NCBI RefSeq assembly: GCF_006345805.1
Contig: NC_043006.1
Coordinates: 69,006,001-69,070,000, forward strand
Direction of reading: 5' to 3'
Source: Octopus sinensis
Lineage: Eukaryota
Length of the DNA: 64,000 bases
Part shown: in pieces, positions 25,990-38,788 of the stretch
Position numbering within the stretch: position 1 is the first letter of the stretch
Layout of the letters: each line of letters starts with the position of its first letter
The notes under the pieces: model-generated
Told to the model about the DNA's origin: nothing
Database searches by the model: none
Seen by the model: the letters and a program-made list of their open reading frames with translations, nothing else
Program-made: the position numbers and the translations under genes

Positions 25990-27085
25990 CGGTTCGATTA
26001 ACAGAAACTGATAAAATAAGTATCCTTGAAGACGGTGTTCTAGAATGGCGGCAATTCACGCTTATGTGTGTGTGTTATGTATGTATGTATGTATGTATGT
26101 ATGTATGTATTTATGTATGTATGTATGTATGTATGTATGTATGTATGTATGTATGTGTGCATGTGTGTATGTATGTATGTGCGTGTATGCGTATCTGTGT
26201 GTATGTATGTGCATGTGGGTATGTATATACGTGTGTATGTATATGTGTATGTATATTTGTCTATGTATGTATACATGTGTGTATGTATGTATGTTTAGAT
26301 ATGCATGTACGTGCGTATGCGTGCAAGTATGTGTGTGTATGTATTTGTGTGTGTGTATGTGTGTATGTATGTATATGTGTCTATGTATGTACGCATGCAT
26401 GCATGCCTGTATGTATGTATGTATGTATGTATGTATGTATAGATATGCATGTACGTGTGTAAGTATGTGTGTGCATGTGTGTACGTATTTATGTGTCTGT
26501 GGTGGGTAGCTGGTCCATTTAGCATATACCTACGACTTCGAGGAGCCCACAATATTGAAGGGTGGCGGTCTCTGATTATTTTGAGAGAAGCTAAGACAAT
26601 GAAGGGGTCAACAATATAAACAGGAGAGCTTACTCTGTTAGGGGACAGGAGAAGAAGCTGTTGGAGCGATTTACCCAGCAAAATAGTAATGGAGAGAAGA
26701 GACGATACACGAAACACAAATAACGAAGTCAACGTCAACTGACCAGCTATGAGCACCCAACCAGAACGACTGACCTATAAAGGAAAAGAATACAAACAAC
26801 CAACAAACTCGCTGATTAGATAGATGCCTTATAAACTTGTCAGTGACCAGGTCGCTGTTCGCGCGACGAAAATTTTGACACTAAGAACAAATAAGAAATG
26901 TTTGTGTGAAGATAACATCGTGTGTGTTTTTTGAATTGCTAATATGTTTCTTTCACGCTGCAATCGTTCCAGTTTTAATGTATTTTAATAAATATGCTGT
27001 TTTTGATTTTCTTAAGCAAATCTCTTATTCTCTGTAAACCTGTCTTCATTTCTGGTCACTGCTCTTGTTTGGAACCTTCTGGCAG

Positions 27086-27110
27086 GACTATCGGATTGCA
27101 CTTGCACGAG
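27086..27110 (+). CDS. Candidate micro-exon (alternative acceptor 27017), unidentified gene
   Basis: Long pyrimidine tract, then ctggcag|GACTATCGGATTGCACTTGCACGAG|gtaaat; open in all three frames; no homology recognised. Confidence 0.3.
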
Positions 27111-27237
27111 GTAAATGATCTGGGAAGAATTTATTTGACAAAAATGTATAAAACATTGAACGTATAACCAATGCTTGTCTGCTTATAAAAACAGATTTAA
27201 ATTAACTGTTTGTTTTTCTATTTCTTTAACTTTCCCA

Positions 27238-27822
27238 AGGCGGCAAGCTGGCAGAAACGTTAGCACACCGGGCGAAATGCTTAGCAGTATTTCGTCTGCC
27301 GTTACGTTCTGAGTTCAAATTCCGCCGACGTCAACTTTGCCTTTCATCCTTTCGGGGTCGATGTAATCGACTTTAATCCCTTTGTCTGTCCTTGTTTGTC
27401 CCATCTGTGTGTAGCCCCTTGTGGGCAGTAAAGAAATAAGAAACGTTAGCACGCCGGGTGAAACGCTTATCAGTATTTCGTCTGTCTTTACGTTCTGAGT
27501 TCAAATTCCGCCGAGGTTGACTTTACCTTTCATCCTTTCGGGGTCAATAAATTTAATACCAGTTGCATACTGGGTCGATCTAATCGACTGGCCTCGTCCC
27601 CAAAAATTTCGGACCTTGTGCCTAGAGTAGAAAAGAAACGTTAACACACCAGGTGAAATAGCGGTATTTCTTTTGTCTTTACGTTCTGAGTTCAAATTCC
27701 GCTGAGGTCGGTTTTGCCTTTCATCCTTTCGGGCTCGATAAAATAAGTACCAGTTGCGTACTGGGGTCGATCTAATCGACTGGCACCCCTCTCCAAACAT
27801 TTCGGGCCTTGTGCCTCACAGG
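27238..27822 (+). mobile_element. Head-to-tail cluster of three SINE family C units
   Basis: Repeated aaacgttagcac.ccggg.gaaa...ttctgagttcaaattccgc. Confidence 0.85.
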
Positions 27823-28326
27823 CCGAATAACCACGTAATATCAATCACTCACTGGTGTTTTTTGCATTTTTCGCTTGGTTACGGTCAAATATCAGATGTT
27901 ATTCTTAATTTTCATTTTCTTTTTATCATAAACCGCTCCGATATAATCTCAGATTGTGTTCTGATAAAATGTTTAAACCATGATTTGAGGTCATTTCTCT
28001 TTTACACATTCAAAAGAAAATAACGGAAAATGTTTAACGACGATGGAAATCGAGATGATAACATACTTAGTTGCTACGTGGAGAAATTTCATTTGCTTTA
28101 AAATTTTACTTGCTTTAAAACCCGTATATACCTCTGGTTACGTTTACGCAACGCAAAACCTGCTGCTATTTGTTTGGACATGAACTCGCCGAGGATCATC
28201 TGACTGAGCATACGGAATGTTCAGTTGGTAGTCAACTATAGTGGTGGTGGTGGTGGTGGTGGTGGTGGTGGTGTGGTGGTGGTGGTGGTGGTGGTGGTGG
28301 TGGTGGTGGTGGTAGTAGTAGTAGTG

Positions 28327-28362
<36 letters not shown>

Positions 28363-28364
<2 letters not shown>

Positions 28365-28592
28365 TATGCCCAACGTTATCGTGCAGTGAACGAACAATAA
28401 AGAGGGTTCAATGCAGTTGCTCCACCTGCTAGACATAGCAGCTAATCTCCATCGAATCGCACCTATCCTCATAAAAAACGGAAAGTGACATTGGATACTT
28501 AAGTAATGCTCCAGGATGGTCTTAGTAAGAGTGTCTTCATCATAGAACTGCAGGGTTAAGATTAACCTGGAGCGTTATGTCCCGTAAAGTAG
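28363..28592 (+). repeat. Interspersed repeat D, copy 2
   Basis: See 25761-25989. Confidence 0.9.
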
Positions 28593-29464
28593 TTAACGGT
28601 TGCAATCTGTCCTTCTCTTCCAGATTGTGAAAGCTTACCATAATGTTTAATCTAAATACAGTGAAATTTTATGACTTCATTTTTTATGGGCATATATGGG
28701 TTAAAATTTTGCCCACTAAAATAGGAAATGTTTTAACAGAAAATAAAAGAAAATGTTTTCATAGCCGCCATCGTTGTCGCCATCGTCGTCGTGGGCTTTC
28801 TCTAATTCAATTACTTTTGTTTCAACTTTTTATATGGGTTCTCAAGCGACCTTGGAGACCCATAAATATATACATACATACACACATACTTGCACGCATA
28901 CGCACGTACATGCATATCTACACATACATACATACACACATGCATACATACATAGACATATATACATACACATACATGCACACATATATACATACCTACA
29001 TGCACATACATACACACAAATACGCATACACACACATACATACACACATGCACACATACATACACATACATACATACATATTTATTCGAACACTTGGTTG
29101 ATGGTTTTTCATTGACGATGGTTACTTTTCTCCTTCTCATCTAACGCTTCTGATGCTCCTTGTAATTCATTGTCTTACTCATAGGAATTCCCAGCCAGGA
29201 CAGCAGATATTCCTCCATTGCTTTCAGTCCTTTGCCACCTTCAACCGAAACAAGTAAAAGATAAAATATTAAAAGATATTTATTGCAAATCCTGTATACG
29301 CAATTGAGGCAGTATTTGATTAAAACAGCCATCTAGGAATCATACATAATGTATACTCATTGTTCTAATTAAATACTACCTCAAATACGTATACTGAATT
29401 CTTATTCAGCTGGGCGGCTATTCGCAACATCGGTGAATATTTTATTTCCTGTATCCTATAACAG

Positions 29465-29510
29465 AGACGACGAATTCCCGCCCGAGGATGCAGTTGGCTC
29501 TGAGTACGTG
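29465..29510 (+). CDS. Candidate short exon (donor at 29503 or 29510), e.g. DDEFPPEDAVGSEYV
   Basis: Acceptor ttttatttcctgtatcctataacag|; GC-rich unique sequence; donors TGA|gtacgt and GTG|gtacag. Confidence 0.4.
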
Positions 29511-29720
29511 GTACAGAAAAATCTTTTCATAAGAGGGGCTGGAATGCATCTGATGCTCTCGCTGGTCGCTGCTGGGACGAATTTTTGCCTCTGTGTTTTT
29601 AATTGAGAATGTTTATAAGAGTTGTTATCTCAGGACAAATACTGCAGTAACTTGTCTATTGACAGTGTGTATACATTAGATATGCTACATAGATGACTAT
29701 TTATTACAACTTGTATATAT

Positions 29721-29790
<70 letters not shown>

Positions 29791-29794
<4 letters not shown>

Positions 29795-29996
29795 GGAGTT
29801 AATTCAGGAGTTGTCGAGTGGAAAATACCACCCGAAAGACCTCCACGACGGTAGAGTTACGATTTCAGGAGGACGATGGGATCACGTGGATGAGAAAGGC
29901 GCGATCCAGAGAGGAGTGGACAGCGTGCTGTGACCAGCGGTGTCAAATGGACGCCTGACGGACTTGGTCGGTCAAGGTGATATATATATATTATAT

Positions 29997-30044
<48 letters not shown>

Positions 30045-30227
30045 GGAGTTAATTCAGGAGTTGTCGAGTGGAAAATACCACCCGAAAGACCTCCACGACG
30101 GTAGAGTTACGATTTCAGGAGGACGATTGGGATCACGTGGATGAGAAAGGCGCGATCCAGAGAGGAGTGGACAGCGTGCTGTGACCAGCGGTGTCAAATG
30201 GACGCCTGACGGACTTGGTCGGTCAAG

Positions 30228-30231
<4 letters not shown>
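29791..30231. repeat. Two near-identical 190-bp GC-rich units (29791-29980, 30041-30231) embedded in (TA)n
   Basis: Direct reading; I saw one 1-nt indel between the copies. Confidence 0.95.
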
Positions 30232-30265
<34 letters not shown>

Positions 30266-30570
30266 AGTTGAGCAGTGAGGTCGATGTAATCGACTTAGAT
30301 CCTTCCCCGAAACTATTAGACCTTGTGCTCAACTGGTACTTGTTTTATCGGCCCCAAAAGGATGATAGGCAAAGTTCACCTTAGCGGTGTTGGTAAATTG
30401 TTTATATATTAAACGATACTATTGCGAGTGTATGGTAGCACAAATTGGTATTAATATTATTATTTTTGTTTTTATCAATGTTAACCAAGTAAAAGAACAA
30501 AAAATGTACGCACTTAAATTGGTTTTGCTTTATTGTTCAATGGGTTCTTTTTGATAAGTTTTATGGAACA

Positions 30571-31002
30571 ATAAAAAGACAATGACTATGGTACAAAAAG
30601 CAGAAAGCTTGCCAAACTGCAAGATGAAGCTGTCAAATGTACAAATCAATTACTGATTTTATGATCAGACAGCATCGTCATCAGCATCATCCTCATCATC
30701 AATGTCGTAGTCGTCATCGTCGTCGTCGTCGTCATCATCATCATCATCATTATCATCATCAATGTGCTTTCGAGATTGAATATGCTGATCGTAATAACCA
30801 GGCTCTTGGACTGGTACCAGCTACGTATGTATCAGGTAGTACTCATAAATATGCTTATTATGAAGTTCGAGAGCAAAGAGTGGAACCACAAGTACTACCT
30901 GAAGCTCATGCTAGTGGTAATGAAAAGGATTCCACATCTGGAACCGTCTTCACAGCAGAAATCGACATCAGGCTTTTTAATAAGAGGCATAAACAGCAAT
31001 GA
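30571..31002 (+). mobile_element. Possible hAT-type transposase N-terminal relic with a (CAT)n/(CGT)n insertion
   Basis: Frameshifted KRQ..GTKSRKLAKLQDEAVKC.KSITDFM...EIDIRLF resembles, from memory, hAT/ZMYM1-like N-termini; no TIR found. Confidence 0.35.
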
Positions 31003-31091
31003 TATGTTCTCAGGGATTAGGGTAATAACTTATTTCTGCCCCCCACCCCCACCTGCAGCAACTGAGAAATGGAGAGTATATTGATTGAGGC

Positions 31092-32122
31092 TAAGGTGGC
31101 GAGCTGACAGAATCGTTAGCACCTCGGGCAAAACGCTACGTTGTGAGTTCAAATTCCACCGAGGCCGACTTTGTCTTTTATCCTTTTGGGGGTCGATAAA
31201 ATAAGAACCGGTCGAGCACTGGAGTCAATGTAATCGACTAAGCCCCTGTCCCGAAATTGCTGGTCTTGTGCCAAAATTTGAACTCATTATTAATAGGGAC
31301 TGGTTGTGTTGAGGTCAAGTGAAGCAATCATTCTATTTTGGGTCTTTTGTTTTGATTAGTAAGTGTGATGTCTTGTCAGATAGGTCTTTATTGATTAGTT
31401 TTTAAGGATAGAATATTGAGAGAGGGATGGAGGGAAGGGAAAGATCGCATTCCAAGTCATAAAAAGAATAAAAAATTGAATTGCATGGAAAGAAGTGAGT
31501 GGTTAAGCCATGAACAAGACTTTGATATCAACTGACAATTCCATTTTTGACCAGAAACCAAGAAACAAGACCAAGAAACAAATGGAAGAAATAATAATTT
31601 TTTTCCGAATTGCATCTCGTTGCACATGACTGCTATTAATAATGGCTCCAAATTTTGGCACAAGGCCGCCAGTTTCACGGGAGGGGATAAATTGATTACA
31701 TCGACCCCACTGTTCAGCTGGTACTATTTTTATCTACCCCCGGGGGAGTTTGAACTCAGGATGTAAAGACGGACGAAATGCCGCTAAGCATTTTACCCGT
31801 CAGGCAAACAATCCTACCAGTTTGTCGCTTTGAATGCTATAAATCATAGTACATAAACATTGGGTTAAAAAAAGACTGAAAAGGGTTTTTAGACCAATAT
31901 TTACAGGTTATTATTTATAGCATTTGCATAATGATGTGAGCTGGCAGAATCGTCAACACGCCAAGGAAAAGTTACATTGTATTCATTTTTGTGGTCTGAG
32001 TTCAAATTCCACCGAAGTTGATTTTTGCCTTTCATCTTTTAGTACCAGTTGAGCACTGAGGTCGATGTAATTGACTAACCCCTTCAACGAAAATTTCAGG
32101 CCTTATGCCTATCCAAGAAAGA
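31092..32122. mobile_element. Three SINE family C copies (about 31092-31285 +, 31640-31830 -, 31935-32122 +)
   Basis: Family C motifs. Confidence 0.75.
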
Positions 32123-32288
32123 ATTATTTATTGGATTTATGTTCTTCGAGACCCAATCCCCGAACAAAAAGAAAGAAAAATGATTTATGTTTCTCTTGGA
32201 AGTTTATAAATTCTAATGACGTTAACAACATGGAATAATATTTTTCATCGCGTTCTTGATATCTTTCTGTTTTGTGTGTGTCTGAAAG

Positions 32289-32351
32289 GAAGGCTTGCTG
32301 TCTATGGTTCCTCTGAACAAATTGGCGATAGCCACAATGGATGTTTTTGAG
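32289..32351 (+). CDS. Candidate 63-nt exon, EGLLSMVPLNKLAIATMDVFE (phase 0-0)
   Basis: Pyrimidine-rich acceptor ...tctgaaag|, donor GAG|gtatta; a single open frame; contains a gccacaATGg context. Confidence 0.35.
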
Positions 32352-32859
32352 GTATTAGAGAACGTCTTAGTTTCTTTTAGATGAAGAACTTTTTATTGCA
32401 TTCATTAAGAATTTGCAGATAAAATCTCAGATTTCTTCATAAGTCTCAGTCTAAACACGTGTGCTCATGACATGACTCCCTAAATGGTTGCAAAGTGTTG
32501 CAGACAGACTATTTTTCAGAATCCAGTGGCAGAGACTGGAAAACAACAAAAACAAATAACTCATATCTTACTCATACAAAGTCAAAGACAAGCTGGTCAA
32601 TGAAAAGACTGAGACCAATTCAATGGCATTCGGGAATATGCGAGAAATGCTGTGGTGCCGTTGATCGAAGTTACAAATTTTGCAGTAGAATGTAAATGTG
32701 ATATTGTGGGCATCAGAACATACTCGAATATCATTCAATTTTCATTGATGTCAGCCACTTGGATCAAAGTTCCCAGAATGGTCCATAAGCTCATTTTGGT
32801 AATAAAATCGTCTCGTGGTGCCAAAGTACATGTAACAATGAATATCCAATATTCATTAT

Positions 32860-33185
32860 CCAGGGCTCATCGCTCCCGAAAGACGAACCCTTCCATGGAC
32901 TTCTACTGTGTATGTCTCTGGTCTATTGTGGACATGTAGGCCCCGGTAAGCAAGAGAGATCATCTCGCTGTCTTCTCTTTGGCGGATCTCTCTTGACATT
33001 GCCCACTGTCTTGGTGTCCATTCCGTCACCCCGAGTGTCCATCTGATATCTTTCAGTATCACATTGCAGAATAAGAAAACCAACTGGTTTCGACAGCACA
33101 TGAATTAATGACATCATTAAACCCATCAACAAGAGCAAATACAGATGGGCTGGCCACATTGCCCGACTGAAGCACAACAAAGAAT
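32860..33185. mobile_element. RTE-clade LINE C-terminal relic in two opposite orientations
   Basis: Plus 33107-33185: NDIIKPINKSKYRWAGHIARLKHNK. Minus about 33058-32860: LKDIRWTLGVTEWTPR...RDDL...EGFVFRER. Confidence 0.8.
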
Positions 33186-34137
33186 AACATCAATTAAATA
33201 CCAGTAAAAATCCTGAAACTGGGAGTCAAATACAACTTGAAGAAACGCGATGTTTCAATCAAACTATGTGACAACAATCAAAATTGTATTCGCAGGGTTT
33301 ACCAACTGAACGGGATTTCGAGAAATTCTTCAAGATGATTGTGTGCTTCAACATAACTAACATCACCATCGATAGTCTTTCACGTCTAATTCTACAGAGA
33401 GTACCATCCTTGGGTAGTTTGATTATTGTAGCATTTATCCTTTCATTATAATATTTCTTATCAAATACACAGCCCTTGCTTGAATTAATTTCGAAAATAA
33501 TGAAGAATTTAATTTGAAAATTTTTTTAAACTTTGTCATTTTTAAGCTGGTAACTAGAAAATAAACCAATACATTTTTTTGAGTGAAGATTTTTAATTAG
33601 ATCACTTTAAAAAAAAAAAAGAAGTTTGCACCATAGTGGGTTGATATTAAAGAGGTTAAGAAGGTAGGTTAAAATGAGGTGTTAGAAAATTTTAATCAGT
33701 CTCAGCTACGATACTGTTTACATCGCAGAAACATTTAGAGTGAAGTGTTTCTTCTTAAAAGATATGAATTCTTAAATTCTTGATACCGATGAAAGTGTAC
33801 GGTCTATTATTGAAACTGAGACTAGTTAATGTTTTCATAAATGTTCCCTCATTATATAACTGTTATTGCTACGAATATTGACCTCTAGTGAGAGAAAATG
33901 CATTATGTTAAAACGAATTAAGTCCACAATGGTGCAAACAATGTTTGAATGGATTAATGTTTCAGCAATTTCGAACATCAGCAGTGACGAGGCAAAGTTT
34001 CTTGATTTTTCTGATGTAATTCATTATTTTGATAGAAATTTAAAAAATGAAGGAAATCTGCCAAAGATCGAATTTTTGCTTTGTTGGCAAGTTGCGCCTC
34101 TGTTACTCCGACCGGCTGAACGGCTTCGACTCCTCAG

Positions 34138-34198
34138 GTTTTAAGCCCACACCTTAGCTCGCTTCGCATTGAAGTATTCGTCGAAGGACATTCTTACC
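34138..34198 (+). CDS. Candidate exon VLSPHLSSLRIEVFVEGHSY (alternative acceptor 34092)
   Basis: ctcctcag|...TACC|gtaagt (consensus +1 to +6); CpG-rich unique island at 34092-34198. Confidence 0.4.
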
Positions 34199-34271
34199 GT
34201 AAGTCGGTTGTAATTCTTAGTTTGTAATTCTTAAAGTCACAGAGTCGAATGATACTGGTTTAAATAATAAT

Positions 34272-34952
34272 CTTTTCTACAATAGGCACAAGGTCGGGGG
34301 AAGGGATAGTCAATTTCATCGACTCCAGTGAGTAACTGGTACTTAATTTGCCGACCCTAAAAGGATGAAAAGCAAAGTCAACCTCGGCGAAATTTGAACT
34401 CAGAACGTAACGACAGACGAAATACCTATTTCTATCAATTTCATCGACTCCAGTGCGTAACTGGTACTTAATTTGCCGACCCTAAAAGGATGAAAAGCAA
34501 AGTCAACCTCGGCGAAATTTGAACTCAGAACGTAACGACAGACGAAATACCTATTTCTATACTACCCACAAGGCTAAACACAGAAAGGACAAACAAACGG
34601 AATAAGTCGATTATATCGACCCCAGTGCGTAACTGGTACTTATTTTATCGACCCCGAAAGGATGAAAGGCAAAGTCGACCTCGGCGGAATTTGAACTCAG
34701 AACGTAACGGCAGATGAAATACCTATTTCTTTATTACCCCCACAAGGGGCTAAGCATAGAGGGGCAAACAAGGACAGACATAGATAATAAGTCGATTATA
34801 TCGACCCCAGTGCGCAACTGGTACTTATTTTATCGACTCCGAAAGGATGAAAGGCAAAGTCGATCTCGGCGGAATTTGAACTCAGAACGTAGCGGCAGAC
34901 GAAATACCTCTAAGCATTTTGCCCGGCGCGCTAACGTTTCTGCCAGCTCGCC
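34272..34952 (-). mobile_element. Tandem array of four SINE family C units
   Basis: Four repeats of cgac.ccagtg.g.aactggtactta...gaatttgaactcagaacgta. Confidence 0.9.
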
Positions 34953-35062
34953 TCTCTTGGTTTAAATAATGACGGAACACCTACAAAAATGTGTTAAATG
35001 CCTTTTCCTTTCGTTTGTTCGTTAGTTTGTGTGTGTGTGTGTAATATATATATATATATATA

Positions 35063-35115
<53 letters not shown>

Positions 35116-35178
35116 TATATATACATATATATATGTATATATATATCTATATATAATATATATATGTTATATATAATA

Positions 35179-35229
<51 letters not shown>

Positions 35230-35308
35230 CACATATATATATTTCTGTGTATTTGCGTGTATGAGTGTACATCTCTCTCTCTCTATCTATCTCTATCTCT
35301 ATCTCTCG

Positions 35309-35341
<33 letters not shown>

Positions 35342-35369
35342 ATATATATTATATATATATATAATATAT

Positions 35370-35413
<44 letters not shown>

Positions 35414-35893
35414 ATAGTTACATTTGTGATTATAAATGTGATCAATATTTGATATTAGTAAACAACAATGCTATGTTTGCTGGGCTGGGCTGGACTGAAT
35501 GACCAAACAATAACACGGGCACGCACGCAAACACAAGCACACACACTCACAAGCACACACACACACACACACGTCTCGCATGGCGCCACCTATATTACGT
35601 GATATGATTTAGTCTGTTTCTCCCTCACCTCATCCCCCCCCACTCACCTCATCACGATTACAAATATGACTGAATATCGTAGTTTTATATTTGCTTCTGT
35701 GTCACATGTGGGTGTATGTATGTTCGTATGTAAGTGTGTGTGTATATGTATATGTGTACGTGTGCGTACGTTGTGTAAGTATGAGATTAATTTCTTGAGT
35801 GTGTCTCTCTATACCTAATTACACACATACATAAATATATACACATGCGCACACACGTACACACATGCATACATTTGGATATGTGAATATATA

Positions 35894-35929
<36 letters not shown>

Positions 35930-36370
35930 AAAAGATAAAGAGAGAGAGAGAGAGAGAGTGAAAGAGTTCCAAGTTTACTCACTATTCGTATGTATTATGT
36001 ATATATATATATATATTATATATATATATATAATATATATATATCTATATATATATATATATATTATATAAATATGTATATTTATCTTATATATATATAT
36101 ATTATATTATATATATATATATATATAATATATATATATTATATATATATATATATAATATATACATATAAATATACACACATATATATATGCATGTATG
36201 TATGATATATATACATATATATATATATACATATATTTATGTATATACATACATATATACCTACATACATACGGGCATCCTTTTATACATACATGTATAT
36301 ATATATAGATACAAATACATACATATATATGTGTATACACACATATATGTATAAAGATGTGTATATATAT

Positions 36371-36421
<51 letters not shown>

Positions 36422-36502
36422 TATATATATATGTATATATACACACACACACAACACATATATGTATATGTATATATAAATATACATACATACATACATA
36501 CA

Positions 36503-36533
<31 letters not shown>

Positions 36534-37577
36534 GTGTGTGCGTGCGTGCGTGCGTGCGTGTGTGTGTGCGTGCGTGCGTGCGTGTATTTAAGTAAGTCGT
36601 GAGTAAACTCTGTGAGTAAACTTGGAACCATGCGATGTGTGAAGTGCAATGTTCCAATACGGAGGAGCTGAGTAAGTGACATGTAACGCCTGGGGAGCAG
36701 CGTTAGATGATGGTAGTAAAAGTTGAGGTCTAGAAAATGGCGTTTAGAGTTTAATGAGTTCATTGTTAATGAAACACTGAAACAGAACGATTACTTTTTA
36801 TTCTTGGTACGTTCCCGTATCGAATAGAATGCATAGTAGCATTTACGTTCGAATCCAGCCGAGGTTTTCTTTTGTTTTCTTTTTGGCTTTCCATCCCTCT
36901 CAGGGTCGACAAAGAAATCATCAGTTGAGCAGTGGAGTCGACGTAATCGACTAGCTTTCTCCCACAAAATTTCAGACCTGTTACCTATAGCAGAGGATAT
37001 AAGAGGGATGCTGAATTATTTCTGGTTTCGAGTAAAAGAATATACAGGAGGATCAGTTAATGATGATTCTATTCAACATATTCCCTTCTCAGATTCACAC
37101 ACTAATATAAATTGGAAGTGGGCGATCGTTGTATTCTTTCTTGTCTCGAGGTTCACAGCCAAACAGCTGGGTGGATTCGCGTGAAAAATGGTACACATGT
37201 GAAGATGGGTGCATAGATTAGAATGCGGTTTGTATTTTCAGTTTTTCTAAGCCCTGTAAAAGAACTCGGAAGGTTGGGCCTCCAACTAAGGCTTTCGCGA
37301 CACCCTTAAACCCAGGAACTTTTCATCGCCATCACGCAATGCGTGCTGTCGAAGGTGACAAAAGGACATTATCATTACCGGGAGCATAAAATTCTTAGCA
37401 GCATTTTTTCCGGCTTTACGTTCTGAGTTCAAATTCCGCAGAGGGCGATTTTGCCTTTCCTCATTTCAGCTGAGCGCTGAAGTTGATGTAATCGACTAAC
37501 ACTCCCCAGAATTTCGTAAAGCCAAGCGAAATGTTGCCAAGCAATTTTTCGGGTGTTAATGTTTCTACCAGCTAGCC

Positions 37578-37628
<51 letters not shown>

Positions 37629-37634
37629 TAATAA

Positions 37635-38450
37635 TTCATTCTTTTATTAGCCACATGGGCTCACATACAAAAACATTAAAAGACATACAAGATAAAAGAC
37701 AAAGACAGGACGGTACAATGTATTTTTTGCGTATACACAATGTAATAACAATAAAAATCGAACAAATTAAAACTCTCAATAGGGGAGGTGCTTTAAGGTC
37801 CTGGTGAGAAAATCCACAAAAGCCACGGGTGCCTGAACAACAGGGCAAGAGCCCTTCTCATTTTTTGTTACAGATGGACGTTCAGAATTGGTCCCTTCAC
37901 ATTGGCCATTCTTCCAACATTCATCCACCTTTCAACTTGTATAAGGCAACATTTCTCTCTCCACCCTCAACTTCCTTTTCAAGTCAAAGTTGATGAGGGC
38001 TTGGCCAAAGAGGGAAGTGCCTGTCTTTAGCTCTTTCAAACGGGGTCCACCATACTACCGCTTTTACTACAGCCACTAGACAAAAAAAAATTGCCTGCCC
38101 CTCCCGGCCAAGGAGGGCCGCGGGGCAATCTTCACAATGGATTCAGCTGATAGCCGTATCCGTCCTACACTCGACAGCAGGTGTTCGGCATAAACCCACA
38201 AGTCAGCAATACTCAAGCCCTGGATTAGGGCGTGCAGAATGGCTTCATCGATCTGGGTGCACCTTGGGCAGGCCCGGCTGAAGGCACTTCCGTGCCTATA
38301 AAGTTTATCCAGGACAGGCAGCACTCTTCGGTAGTACTGACAGGCAAGGGATTTCTGGAAGTTATCCATAGGACCAAGCCCGAAAATTCTCCGAAACAGA
38401 CCGGTTAGTCGACGCCCAGAGTTTCCCTGGGAACGTAATCGCACTTTCCC
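37635..38450 (-). mobile_element. Tx1/L1-clade LINE, 5'-truncated 3' end abutting (TAA)n (37579-37634)
   Basis: ORF 38076..38444 LPVLDKLYRHG...CPRC...EAILHALIQG (decayed CCHC); continues VVWWTRLK...ERWMNVGRM; T-rich 3' UTR ending AATAAAAGAA. Confidence 0.85.
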
Positions 38451-38538
38451 TCCATTAGCTCTCTATAGAAAGTTTCAAATTTTGTCACAAGGGCAGCTGT
38501 TTTTGGAGGAGGGGATGAGTCGCTTACATAAACCCTAG

Positions 38539-38788
38539 GTTTCAACAGGTATTTATTTTATCGACCACGAAAGGATGAAAGGTAAGCGGGATTTGAACTC
38601 AGAACGTAGCGGCAGACGAAATACCTATTTCTTTACTACCCACAAGGGACTAAACACAGAGAGGACAAACAAGGACAGACAAAGGGATTAAGTCGATTAC
38701 ATCGACCCCAGTGCGCAACTGGTACTTAATTTATCGACCCCGAAAGGATGAAAGGCAAAGTCGACCTCGGCGGAATTTCGACTCAGAA
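38539..38788 (-). mobile_element. SINE family C dimer fragment
   Basis: Same internal junction as in 34272-34952. Confidence 0.85.

Noticed and set aside
30805-30830. SH3-like GLVPATYV motif
   Set aside because: No upstream SH3 motifs (ALYDY, WW) in frame.
37242-37356. Open frame between AG and GT (FSKPCKRTRKVGPP...)
   Set aside because: Phase does not continue the exon chain, the donor is weak, and it may be TE-derived.
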